Shown here: piece after piece, positions 20,011 to 30,148 of the stretch
Position numbering within the stretch: the stretch's first letter is position 1
Layout: each line of letters opens with the position of its first letter
Source: Trypanosoma brucei
Lineage: Eukaryota
NCBI GenBank assembly: GCA_000002445.1
Contig: CP000067.1
Coordinates: forward strand, 864,001 to 928,000
DNA: 64,000 nt
Direction of reading: 5' to 3'
Notes under the pieces: generated by a model
The model's input: the letters and a program-made list of their open reading frames with translations, nothing else
Told to the model about the DNA's origin: nothing
The model's database searches: none
Position numbers and translations under genes: made by a program

Positions 20011-22038
20011 CTATTGCCAGCAGCGAGCCGCCGTGTGGAAAACTTTCTGGTGAAACATCCAAACATCAGATACAGGATTGTACATAACAATGTCCCGCAG
20101 TGCCTCACTGCGCAGGCTGGAGTAATCGTACCCCTCCCGCTGTCCGGCCTCGAAAGGAAACTTCGCGAGATTAATGACGGCCTCGCGAAGAGACGGGTCC
20201 TTCGACCACGCAGCCTCCAACTGTCGCATGGCCTTGACAAGCTTCTGATTAGTATATGCGCTTGCCGACATCCTCCCGTGCTGCACCGTAGCAAAAAGTT
20301 CATCAATGTCGTTGCTGTTGGTCCCAGCGACTTCGACGAAGTTGAGAAATTCTAGCGGATCGATCATGTGGTTTGTGTAGCGGAAGGCCTCTCCCACGGA
20401 GAAGTTAGGTATCAAATGGAAGTCCAGACGGGGAAGGGCAGTCATCGCAAGCGTCAGACTTTCGATGGGCACCTCAATCACAACGTGGCAGAGCCTGCGG
20501 TCGCATGCAAGAGCCACAAGCTCATTGTAAACACGCATCAACGAGCTTCCTTCGCACAACTTAACTACAAACAACGGCGACACGCCATTCATTGCCTTTT
20601 TGGCGCGTTCTGAGGCATCAACAATGAAGTCAAGTAAATCACCGCATGCCTCGATATTTTGTACACCCAACGATTTCACTATCGAGCGGACAGGGTCTTC
20701 GTTCGCGCGAATGTCAACGAGGACAGCCGCCATCTTCTCCTTACGAATGGCCGAACGAACCAAAGAACTCTTGCCACAGCCGTGAAACCCGGAGAAGACA
20801 ATGATTCGTGGGTGCGTGACGTCCTGTTGGCGCAGTATCTGCCGCACCCGCTGCTCTTCGGCCTCACGTGGAACGGTCCCTTTGATGGGATGCCGCACAG
20901 TTCGCTGAGAAAGTGTGTTTGCCGCGATTGCCAGCTGGTAGGACCGCTGCTGTTTCGTGTAGTTCTTGAAGTTCCACCCAAAGACAGACATAACACCAAG
21001 TACTGCCACACATGCACTGAACACGCCGCTGTACTTTGTGAGGACATAACGCAACTCCTTCTCTTTCATGCGTTCCTTGATCTCCTCACGCCGGTGACGG
21101 TGCTGGTCGCGCTCCCATTCAGACTTCTCCAAAACACTCATGCGAACCGATTTGTTAAGGTGCGAGAGGCAGTGCACATCTGCACTTTCTAAAAGGTACA
21201 ACTTGTCCGCTCGCCAGCCACGGTGGTAGAGAATGCATGATGTGCTCTCTTGGTCAGACCGTCGGTCCACACCCGCTGACTTTACCCACTCCAAAACTTC
21301 CTGAAACTTCTCGTTGGAGATGAATTTTGACCTCCCTTCGGAGAGCATGATCACTTCGCGGGGCACCGCAAGATCAAACCGGTCATCATCCAACAATACA
21401 CCAAATGTTCCATTACCATTAACCTTAGCCACCAAACCACCAATTATAGTACCACCACCATTTGAATAGGGACAGAAGGGTCCGGCAGTAACCGGAGCGG
21501 TGGTGCCGCCACCTCCTCCTCCTCCTCCCCCTCCTCCTACCGCCGCCCCGGCTGACCCCTCTGCTCCTCCCACTGGTTGCTGCTCAACACCTTCCCCTTT
21601 AGGGGACGAAAGATTAACTGGTGCTGTTATCTCATTGCCACTTGTATTGGATGTGTTTGAGTGATTCAACACATCTGGAGCTGTAGAATCCTTTGGGGTC
21701 GGGGCCTCCTTGCGGCAGGAGACGTACACTCGTGATCCAACCTCAATAACAGGTGAAAGCGCAATCTCCTTGAAGAAGACAGCATAGACGGACTCTGATA
21801 TTTGTGCTGTTATGTGGCCAATAGCAATGGGCTCGTCGGTGCTCGCCGTCTCAGAATTGCGAAAGTACGCAGCAACGCCAAGACCCTGCAAACTCATTTG
21901 CGTCGCCGCGTCACGGCTGCAGTCTGCGGTGGATGTTGAGATCCCCACATCCGATGAGGAAGGTTTTGACGCAGTTGGAGGCGTCCTGCTCGCCGAGGCC
22001 GAAGCGATCCGCATTACACGCCATGTCCGCCGCCACAT
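20011..22038 (-). CDS. P-loop NTPase-domain protein with poly-Gly tract and predicted TM helix, 675 aa
   Basis: Walker-A 'IIVFSGFHGCGKSSLV'. Hydrophobic helix 'VFSACVAVLGVMSVFGW'. Homopolymeric 'GGGGGGGGGGG' is a coding polypurine/polypyrimidine run (in protein-position terms, roughly 21,490-21,545). No specific family identified. Confidence 0.5.
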   Translation of the reverse strand: MWRRTWRVMRIASASASRTPPTASKPSSSDVGISTSTADCSRDAATQMSLQGLGVAAYFRNSETASTDEPIAIGHITAQISESVYAVFFKEIALSPVIEVGSRVYVSCRKEAPTPKDSTAPDVLNHSNTSNTSGNEITAPVNLSSPKGEGVEQQPVGGAEGSAGAAVGGGGGGGGGGGTTAPVTAGPFCPYSNGGGTIIGGLVAKVNGNGTFGVLLDDDRFDLAVPREVIMLSEGRSKFISNEKFQEVLEWVKSAGVDRRSDQESTSCILYHRGWRADKLYLLESADVHCLSHLNKSVRMSVLEKSEWERDQHRHRREEIKERMKEKELRYVLTKYSGVFSACVAVLGVMSVFGWNFKNYTKQQRSYQLAIAANTLSQRTVRHPIKGTVPREAEEQRVRQILRQQDVTHPRIIVFSGFHGCGKSSLVRSAIRKEKMAAVLVDIRANEDPVRSIVKSLGVQNIEACGDLLDFIVDASERAKKAMNGVSPLFVVKLCEGSSLMRVYNELVALACDRRLCHVVIEVPIESLTLAMTALPRLDFHLIPNFSVGEAFRYTNHMIDPLEFLNFVEVAGTNSNDIDELFATVQHGRMSASAYTNQKLVKAMRQLEAAWSKDPSLREAVINLAKFPFEAGQREGYDYSSLRSEALRDIVMYNPVSDVWMFHQKVFHTAARCWQ

Positions 22039-22657
22039 ATTCTGCCCCCGCTCTTAATACACACCCAAGCGTACGTGTGGAAATACACGGTGCACGTGAG
22101 GATAAGCAAGACTGTTGGGGCAGGTAAATAAAAAAAAAACTCCCCTCAATTCCTCGTTGGCCACCGTGTCGTGCTTGCGCTGTAGCGTCGGGTCTTCAGT
22201 CTCGTTTCTCCCCCTTTCTCCCCTGTGCTTTCGTTTGTTTGAAAAGTAAAATAAAACGAGACAAGAAAAGGGGCGACGGTACAACGGACACCAAATGGGA
22301 AAAGAAGAACAGACGAACGACAAGAACACAGCGTGAAGACGAGGCACGGTTACGTTTGCGCAACACTTAAACCCCAGCACAGCAAAAAAAGAAAAGAAAG
22401 AAAGTGCCAATTATTTTCTTTCTTACATTACTCCCTGCTATCCAGAAAAAACGCTGACTGCGTACAGAATAGGAAAATAAGAAAGGGAGACGGTGTGCTG
22501 GGGAGCGTAGGAAGAGCAACGCTCCTCGATTAATTAAACGCAAAAGAGGGGGGTGAAAAGCGAAAAAGCAAGGATGAAAAAAAAAATGCTCGATTAAACA
22601 TTTTCACGCATTTGTAAATAGTAGCGGTCATCCTTACACCCTTGCTCAGCACGCCAG

Positions 22658-24475
22658 CTATCGGCGAGGGCGCTTCGACAACCGATGAGGTGCCCCCTCG
22701 TAATCACTGTAGCGAGAAGAACGCGGCACTCCATGATGCGTATGTGAAGGCGGGTGATGATGAGGATGATGACTGGGCGAATGATGACGCGGGGTCGGAG
22801 AATACGACGAATGATTACTGGAGTAATATTGGTGGTTAGAAGGAGAGGAGTGGGACTGAGAATAGGGATTCCGTGACTCATGCCTGGATGTAGGCGCACT
22901 GCGTCCCACAGTAGTCCCTTCTGTTAAGCGTGGGTTCGAGGTTACGGTGGGGCGCGGCTGCTCAACCACCTCAATCTTCCACGACGGAGCGAGGGTGCGA
23001 GCCGCACTGGCTATGTCACTCGCCACAGCTTTCCAGTGTTCCTCATCGGACTTGTCTTCTGGTTTACTGCGATTTTGGGCTCTACACACGCGGCACATCG
23101 CGGACACTGCCCGTAACACCCGCAATGCACTGAGCATAGTTTGTTGCTGCTCATCACTCATGTTCCAGAAATCATAATCTTTCTCCTTGCCCCCAGGCCC
23201 ACTATGATTGTCCCGTCGAGACTTCTTTTCGCAAAACGGTCCAAAGGATTCTATCTGGTTGTGGGAATCGCTCAGCACAGGTAACATCACGTTGGAAACA
23301 TCCACCAGCTCTTGTAGCAGCTCCCGCATCTCATCTGCACCCGCGCACACACAAGATAAGATGCGGAGGGTAAGGTTGAACACACACTCCACGAGGGGTA
23401 AATGGCAATCAAGTGCAGCGGCTTCATTCCTAATCGCCAGAAGCGGTGCGCAAAGCTTTCGCACCTCGCTAATGCTCACACATCCAGGAACGGCGGTTAC
23501 GATACCACTCAACTTCACGAGAGAGCGAAGGATGGAAACAACCAGTGTAGACTCTTCTTGGGTCATCTTTATGCAAGGCCATGGCCCCTTAGCGTCTTGC
23601 TGTTTATCGTCCTTATTTTCTGCACCGACGATGTCCAGCAGTCCCACGGTCGTGGATACAACAAATGAATTAGGAACATGCGTCCTGACGATCTCACGGT
23701 GTAGCATGCTGAAAGCATGAACAACTTGCAGGGCGCCTTGTAAAGTCCGAAGGCTGCTCATGCTACTCAGCGATCCACTCGAGAGGAGAGTACTACAGGC
23801 CTTCTCACACAACAATGAGCCAAATCCCGAGAAATTCTCCCGTAGCAGTCTCTCGATATCGCGCGCGCAATCGGCGTGCTGTGACGCGTTGCCAGAAAGG
23901 ACAAGCCACTCCTCAAAAGCACGCTTTAACAAATCTGAGGCGGAGGAGTTCGTCAAGATGGCTTTACACAGAGGCAAGGACTGTGGCAACTGCGATGCGC
24001 AGAACTGCACAATTTTACTATAGCATTCTTTGGGAAGTACGAGTAACGCCTTCAGTGCAGCACGCCAGTCCTCCTGATGCTTGCTGTCACCCGCTGACTC
24101 TCCTTGTTTTCTAACTGTTGCCAATAGCCATTGTAGCAACACGTCACAGACCGATTCTCCATGTGCCTTAACATCCGAATCTCCCTCCAACAGTCCCGGG
24201 AGCAACTCCAACAGGAGGGTGCGGTGAGCACACGAGAGGGCGGCATCGGCAAGCGCATCGTGGAGGAGTTGCAATATATCGTTCCACTCGCTTGGCCACA
24301 CCACCGCAGCTCTCACAAGAGCCTTCAGGGCCTCCTGCGTGTTGCTACCTAACTGCGGAATATCAACTAGCGCAGACTTTAGACGCTGAACTGCCTGTAA
24401 AAGTGATTCGTCTGCAGAGGTTTCCCCCGTTGATTGATATCCATTCACAAGATCAATAATCTCCCGAATATCCAT
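22658..24475 (-). CDS. hypothetical helical-repeat protein with His/Pro/Ser-rich C-terminal tail, 605 aa
   Basis: Long ORF. Leu-rich helical repeats (HEAT/ARM-like by composition). C-terminal low-complexity 'HSSPSNHQYYSSNHSSYSPTPRHHSPSHHPHHHPPSHTHH'. Confidence 0.45.
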   Translation of the reverse strand: MDIREIIDLVNGYQSTGETSADESLLQAVQRLKSALVDIPQLGSNTQEALKALVRAAVVWPSEWNDILQLLHDALADAALSCAHRTLLLELLPGLLEGDSDVKAHGESVCDVLLQWLLATVRKQGESAGDSKHQEDWRAALKALLVLPKECYSKIVQFCASQLPQSLPLCKAILTNSSASDLLKRAFEEWLVLSGNASQHADCARDIERLLRENFSGFGSLLCEKACSTLLSSGSLSSMSSLRTLQGALQVVHAFSMLHREIVRTHVPNSFVVSTTVGLLDIVGAENKDDKQQDAKGPWPCIKMTQEESTLVVSILRSLVKLSGIVTAVPGCVSISEVRKLCAPLLAIRNEAAALDCHLPLVECVFNLTLRILSCVCAGADEMRELLQELVDVSNVMLPVLSDSHNQIESFGPFCEKKSRRDNHSGPGGKEKDYDFWNMSDEQQQTMLSALRVLRAVSAMCRVCRAQNRSKPEDKSDEEHWKAVASDIASAARTLAPSWKIEVVEQPRPTVTSNPRLTEGTTVGRSAPTSRHESRNPYSQSHSSPSNHQYYSSNHSSYSPTPRHHSPSHHPHHHPPSHTHHGVPRSSRYSDYEGAPHRLSKRPRR

Positions 24476-24502
24476 CTACGATCACCTCTTTTCATCCAAA
24501 GC

Positions 24503-24527
24503 AAATAATAATAATAATAATAATAAG
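24503..24527. repeat. (AAT)8 microsatellite
   Basis: 'aataataataataataataataa' immediately upstream of the 22658..24475 gene start. Confidence 0.8.
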
Positions 24528-25457
24528 GTATGAACAACAGAATTAAAGGAACCGATAGAGATTCGAGCGAGAAGGAAGGGTTTAAAAAAAAAACATGTAC
24601 TGCCAAAACAGGCGCATGCGCGCGGCAACGAGTAAGTGCGAAAACACAGCTACAGAGTTGGCGGAGTGGGAGGCACGAAGAAATAAAACGGTGATCCACC
24701 TATCGGAAGTAAAACTAAAGGAAAAAATACACAGCCTTACAACATACTAGGTGCCCTTCCATCATGAGCGTTTCACACAACCTACTCATTACTGTTTGCT
24801 TTATTAGTATTAATGCGTCCCAGATGACCGCTGCAATGGTTCCGCCCCCTCAAAAAAAAAAAAAAAATCGTGCGGGCAACACAACACCACCAACACACAT
24901 ACACACTCACAGTCACCTGGTTTTTTTTCGCGGAAACGTGAAGGCGAAAAGTCACGCACTGTTTTCACCGACGACCCGCAAGTAATTTCAGCTGACAAAC
25001 ACCTGTGACGGGTTTTCCTCCGTCAGCGTCATATATTTATATTCGCGGGGCCCTCCACACCGTCGACAGCAAATCGAAAGAGGAAAGGCTCCCGCACCAG
25101 GCGACAAAACTGAGTGGTCGTGCGTGACCGAAATATAAAGGGAAATAGCAGATGTGAAAGCAACAGGTGTCAGTCCATTCTGGCGCTTGCGCTGTTCCAC
25201 ATCCGCAACTGTGCACAGGACAGGAAAGGAAACAAGACAGGAGGGTGATGAAAATAGAGGAAGGGCATGACCTGAACATCAGACTCTAACATACCACCAG
25301 CACGGTGAGCGTGTGTGCGGCTATGAGCGCGAAGTGGCATGTTGATGTACTGCATCATTTCAAGTGCCCAATTCACACCACCACCTCCTCCTCCTCATCC
25401 CTCGAACCCCTCCTTGAAAGCCCCCTCTCCCAAACTCCCGTGCAAAGTTTACCTGGG

Positions 25458-27791
25458 TCAGCTAATGCATATGATAGAACGATCCTTCACAGTCCAAAGA
25501 TCAGGACGTTGTTGCATCACCTGAAGAGCCCCGCCCGCCACATCGTACACCACAATGTCTAGCGAAGCAGCTTCGAAGGCTCTCCTCATGAGCGAGGCTG
25601 CAATGAGCGATCGATAACCTGTGGCGCAATAAACAACGATCTTGCGAATCCCCCGACATCCTGGCCGGCACTTGAGACCGGATGCAAGCGCGGCTTCGTA
25701 CATTCTATCAAGTATAATGCGTCCAAGCTCAGGGGAAGGCCAGCCGCCACAATGCACGTCTGCCTCTGGTGTCAGTTGCTGCGCTACTAAATCCAGGGCA
25801 GTTATGTGGCACAGGTCTCCCAAGGAAAGAAACACGCTACGCGTGTGCGAACCATTCCTGAACTCGTAAGGAGTCCGGCAGTCCAAGACAAGCGTGTCCT
25901 CTGCTGGTTCGATGAACTGCAATTTCTGATAGCAGTCAAGCCGCGACTGCGCAGAAGCGGTTGAATCGAATACCCATGTGAGGTGTCGCGGTAGATGCCG
26001 TGAGTCAACGGTCGCCGGAAGACTTGTTGTTACGTCCACACGGTTAAATACCTCCTTTTCCTGCCCGTCCACCGCGTGGACGCCACAAGGAGGGCACAGC
26101 TCCTGCAAAGTGAAGGTTTCAACGGAGGCACCTGGTGAAATCAGCTCCAGACGTTGACGCGCCAAGTGGCACTGCCTCTCGTTTGCACAGACAACAACTA
26201 CTGGCTGGAGGGGCTTCAACATGCACTGCAACCACAGCTCCGCCTTCTTCACACCGTAAGCTGCAGCAGGAAAGGTCATGGGAACGTTTACAGACCCCTT
26301 TAAATGCATTGTCACGTGATCCGCTGCACTGCGTATGTCCACAACAACAGGACCCGGGCAAGGGGAGGTAAGGGCGCAAGCCGGTGGCGGTAACAGACGG
26401 CGCCTTAGGAGTCCCTCCCCGCTTCCACCAAATGCAGATGGAACAGAAAGTAAATTCCATTCTCGAACATGCGAGACCAACAACGGCTTTGGTAACCGCG
26501 GGCGATCAAGCATGTGCTGGGCATATTTCTCAGGGTCTAAGATTTTGTCCATTACCGTGCGAGAGTGTTTCATCCTCTTCATATCCCCGATATGTACGGC
26601 CCAGTAAAGATCCAACTGGTGCGTAACATTACTGTAACCTCCGTGCGAAGGGAAGACAACAACGTGATCCCATGGCTGCACATGACCCGCGGCAGGATCA
26701 GGAAAGAAATACGCATCCCAAACTCGCTCCCTGAGAAAGCGCCGTGCCACCTCAGGGGCCGGCATTGCGCTTGTGTGTTGGAGATCCCCTTGAGGCTCGA
26801 GGGGAAGTGGAAAATCACCGAAGAATTCGTAACGAGGCACAGCATCTGTCCCCATCACAGTGCCCGTGAAGAGGGCGAGCAACTGTGCATCCAGGTGAAG
26901 TTCAACGACAAGACACTCCGGTGAAAAAGAAGGAACCGATATGCACCGCAAGTGTAGGCGTGAACTTAAATGGAGTGACAACCCGTCAGAGCAACCGTAC
27001 CCCGTCGACACAAAAGGCGTACCGCTCAGTAACTTTGCGGTTGGGTGATGCTCAAGTAGAGCCGCGTGCCCCATAGCAATATCGACGAAGCAGTGAGTGA
27101 GTACAATTCCGACCAACTGAACCTGCAGAAAGGCCAGATCCTCCTCGTAGCATGAAACATCCACCTGGGGGTCAATAATGGCAGCCGCTCGCTTGGAAAG
27201 ATCCGCCACAAGGAAGGATGCTGTACGTGTGGCTTCGTGCACATAGTGACGAAGCACGAATGGTACATCGTCAGGTGAAATATTCGGTTGGCAGTTGTGC
27301 AGTAACGCCAGTGGAAGAAAGTGATAGGACATAAACCTCTCAAGTTTTTCTACAGCGTCAGGGACCTCCTTGTCGTGTAGGCGGTGCACGACAATTATTC
27401 GTTTCTCAGCGACAACCGCACAACGCGGAGCGGTTATGAGCGGCTCACCTCGTCCTCGCTTGACCCCGCCATTTCTGCCGCGCAACGCACCGTCGCCCCC
27501 CACAACTGCTGTTGCTCCTGCCATCTCAGTCACTCCTTCCTTCAACCTTCCGTCATCAGCGACGGCCGCCGACTCCACGCACGAGTCATCATCGCCAAAC
27601 AGCTGGCTTTCCTCCATAACTGGGGCAATAAGCGTGGTAACCAGTCGCAATATTGGGGCGTAGCGATTGCGGTACTGCCGGAGGCGCCGCGTCACATCAG
27701 CGCAACGATTGTCGACAAGTGCTCCCGCCACCTCTAACAGTACCGGCTTAAACCGGGAGCCGTTCGCCCTCCCCGCTTCAGAAACCATCAC
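25458..27791 (-). CDS. metallo-beta-lactamase-like (glyoxalase II/ETHE1-like, possibly degenerate) plus two to three rhodanese-domain protein, 777 aa
   Basis: MBL-like 'VGIVLTHCFVDIAMGH' (non-canonical variant of HxHxDH) and 'VVVFPSHGG'. Rhodanese/CDC25-type active-site loops 'VVVCANERQCHLARQRL' and 'IVVYCATGYRSLIAASLMRR' (Cx5R), plus a third rhodanese-like 'LVLDCRTPYEFRNGSH'. Confidence 0.5.
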   Translation of the reverse strand: MMVSEAGRANGSRFKPVLLEVAGALVDNRCADVTRRLRQYRNRYAPILRLVTTLIAPVMEESQLFGDDDSCVESAAVADDGRLKEGVTEMAGATAVVGGDGALRGRNGGVKRGRGEPLITAPRCAVVAEKRIIVVHRLHDKEVPDAVEKLERFMSYHFLPLALLHNCQPNISPDDVPFVLRHYVHEATRTASFLVADLSKRAAAIIDPQVDVSCYEEDLAFLQVQLVGIVLTHCFVDIAMGHAALLEHHPTAKLLSGTPFVSTGYGCSDGLSLHLSSRLHLRCISVPSFSPECLVVELHLDAQLLALFTGTVMGTDAVPRYEFFGDFPLPLEPQGDLQHTSAMPAPEVARRFLRERVWDAYFFPDPAAGHVQPWDHVVVFPSHGGYSNVTHQLDLYWAVHIGDMKRMKHSRTVMDKILDPEKYAQHMLDRPRLPKPLLVSHVREWNLLSVPSAFGGSGEGLLRRRLLPPPACALTSPCPGPVVVDIRSAADHVTMHLKGSVNVPMTFPAAAYGVKKAELWLQCMLKPLQPVVVVCANERQCHLARQRLELISPGASVETFTLQELCPPCGVHAVDGQEKEVFNRVDVTTSLPATVDSRHLPRHLTWVFDSTASAQSRLDCYQKLQFIEPAEDTLVLDCRTPYEFRNGSHTRSVFLSLGDLCHITALDLVAQQLTPEADVHCGGWPSPELGRIILDRMYEAALASGLKCRPGCRGIRKIVVYCATGYRSLIAASLMRRAFEAASLDIVVYDVAGGALQVMQQRPDLWTVKDRSIICIS

Positions 27792-28240
27792 AACGCTTAT
27801 TACACTTCCTTTCCCGTACCTTCACCAATGGTGTAAATCAGTATAAACAGGTCAACCGAGTTGCGTTTGGAAGAGATAAGGGGGGTATCAGGCCCAAAGT
27901 TCTCTTTTAGTGGGTTTTCCAAAATGCATCAGACACCAACACATTTCAAAATAAAAAAACGTCAGAGGGAGAAATTTTATGTGCTTGGAATAAAATAGGG
28001 ACCTATTAGGTCTAACTCTAACCACATGCAGGGCATCAACTCAGGAGAGAGTTAAAAACAATAAACAGGCAGTAGTGAGCGGCAGCTGGTACCCTCCTAC
28101 AAAATCATATCTTCTGTCAACGGGGAAAAGTTAAAAAAAACGGCCCAAATGCAATATCCAACACACCTTTTACCCCTCAAGAGAGCGCGGGCCACTTGAC
28201 TTGTATGGGAAATTTTCTTCCGTGTGAGTTTATGTTTATG

Positions 28241-28287
28241 CACACACACACACACACACATCTATATATATATATATATATATATAC
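28241..28287. repeat. compound microsatellite (CA)10 plus (TA)12
   Basis: 'cacacacacacacacacacatctatatatatatatatatatatatata'. Confidence 0.85.
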
Positions 28288-28336
28288 TTTCACCTTTCTT
28301 CATTCCCAACTTTTCATTACGTTGCTCTAATCATCC

Positions 28337-30148
28337 CTAAAATTTTGCACTATCTCCCCTATCCCCCTGAGAGTTCTGATCTGTAGCAGGGTCCTTAGGC
28401 GTACACATGCCATCTACTTCGGCAAACACTCGGCGCCCAGCAGCCACACCAGTTGACTGACTGGATGCAATGCTTCCGCGCCGAAGCAACCGACGCGCCT
28501 TGTCTAATATCCGAGCAGCAACCTCTAGGGCGGCGTGAGTGTAACGGACGTCCAGTAGCAAATTAGTCTCATCCTCCCCTACTTGCGAATCCAGTGGTGG
28601 AGTATCCCCTACAACCCACTGCGACATAACTTGGGGGACATGTGGGGGAAGTTGAAAGAAGCAAAGCGCATCACGTGCCGTCGGCCTGGACGTCGGTTCC
28701 GCGTGCATCAGCTCAGCAACGAAGGCGGTAAGACGCTTCGAGTAGCCACGACGCTCAAGGAGATGCAGCGGAGGGTGCTGGCGCAGTTCGAGAAAGCCCG
28801 CGCCATGGTGGGGCAGGGGTTCACCTGACATAAGCTCAAAAAGTGAAATGCCGAAGGAAAACATGTCCCCTTCCTTGAGGTAACGTTTTTGGTTGAGCAT
28901 ATCCATGCACAGGTACCTACAATCACCCTCTTCCACACTAACCACACTAAGTTGGGTTGGGAAGCTCAGCGGCCCCGCGTCGGCCATGCTGTTGTTGTTC
29001 ACACCGGCCGTTGAGGAAGGAGCACTGAACAAGTTCCCGGTTTTCGCACCCGCAGCTGCAAAAGTTTTTCGGGGAAAACCATCATCATCCACAAAGACGC
29101 TGCACCCGAAATCACTAAGTTTATAATCCCCTGCCTCGTCTATCAGTACATTATCCGGCTTAAAATCCACATGCACAATGTTGGCGCTATGCAGAGCATC
29201 CAATGCTAGGGCCATGTGTCCGAAAAACACAAACAACTCACGTTCATCCCACACCTCACCGCGCTGCCGTCGTTGCTCCGCCCGCTCCGCCACGGATCCT
29301 CCCGAGCAATATTCTAACTGCAAGAACACCTGCGGCGCGTGACCCTCCTCCCACGAATCTAACAGTTGCACAACGTGCGGAAACCCTTTCGTGATGCTCA
29401 TCACAGCCCTCTCCCGCGCGAAACGTTGCCGTTGCTCCCGGCTCGCATTTGGTGGCGACGTCTTCACCGCAACAAGTGCACCCGTACCGGTTTCTTCATA
29501 AAGCGTTACCCTGCCGAAGGAACCAAAACCAAGCTCCTTCACCTCCTTGTAGTCAGTCAGAATGCGACGGTTGAAGATATTGGAAAATTCCGACTCCGCC
29601 TGAGAGTACTCCGGTTGATCTGGAGAATAGGGCATAAAAGGAAAACTGCTACCGACACGTGCCATCCAGTCACGCTGCGGGGAGTTCGGAGCTGAGTTCA
29701 TCAACGACATACCGCCGGTAGCTAAAGGCCCAAGGTGGGGGCGCAAGCAAGACCGCGTGGCCTCAGATGTACTACACTCAGGTGGTGGAAAAGGAACGGT
29801 ATCACTGGGATCGTCTAACCGCAGTGCGCTGAACTGTGAAAGCTCGCTGGATGGACGTTTTCTCGACGCCAAGTTACAGCGCCGGTCAGGTGCAGCACCA
29901 CGTTTGTGGGAGGCACCGCCACTAAGATACGTAATCGTCTGACCACCGCGTTCTTCATGTCTCGTACGGCGTTGTTTTGCAGGTGTTTCTGGTGCCCTCG
30001 GAAGCGCCCACGAGTTGAGGCGCTGCTGTGGGGGAACGGGTGTACACTGGCCATCCCGGGCAGTGCTGAAGTTAGTGTTGCTGTTACTTCCTTCTGCGGC
30101 CGTAAAGGGAACGACGGAGCCATCATTCCCCCCTTTAGGCGCCAACAT
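28337..30148 (-). CDS. WEE1: Wee1-like serine/threonine/tyrosine protein kinase with long N-terminal extension, 603 aa
   Basis: Kinase subdomains: 'GFGSFGRV' (Gly loop), 'VAVK', catalytic 'IVHVDFKPDNVLI' (Wee1-type HxDxKPxN), 'LSDFGCS' (DFG), 'GDCRYLCMDMLNQ' (Wee1-like activation segment). First about 190 aa are Ser/Pro-rich low complexity. Confidence 0.7.
   Translation of the reverse strand: MLAPKGGNDGSVVPFTAAEGSNSNTNFSTARDGQCTPVPPQQRLNSWALPRAPETPAKQRRTRHEERGGQTITYLSGGASHKRGAAPDRRCNLASRKRPSSELSQFSALRLDDPSDTVPFPPPECSTSEATRSCLRPHLGPLATGGMSLMNSAPNSPQRDWMARVGSSFPFMPYSPDQPEYSQAESEFSNIFNRRILTDYKEVKELGFGSFGRVTLYEETGTGALVAVKTSPPNASREQRQRFARERAVMSITKGFPHVVQLLDSWEEGHAPQVFLQLEYCSGGSVAERAEQRRQRGEVWDERELFVFFGHMALALDALHSANIVHVDFKPDNVLIDEAGDYKLSDFGCSVFVDDDGFPRKTFAAAGAKTGNLFSAPSSTAGVNNNSMADAGPLSFPTQLSVVSVEEGDCRYLCMDMLNQKRYLKEGDMFSFGISLFELMSGEPLPHHGAGFLELRQHPPLHLLERRGYSKRLTAFVAELMHAEPTSRPTARDALCFFQLPPHVPQVMSQWVVGDTPPLDSQVGEDETNLLLDVRYTHAALEVAARILDKARRLLRRGSIASSQSTGVAAGRRVFAEVDGMCTPKDPATDQNSQGDRGDSAKF

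Noticed and set aside
19798-20355. Plus-strand 185-aa ORF overlapping the 3' end of the P-loop protein gene.
   Set aside because: It overlaps a better-supported minus-strand CDS and has no recognisable motif. It would be the only plus-strand gene in a strictly unidirectional cluster.
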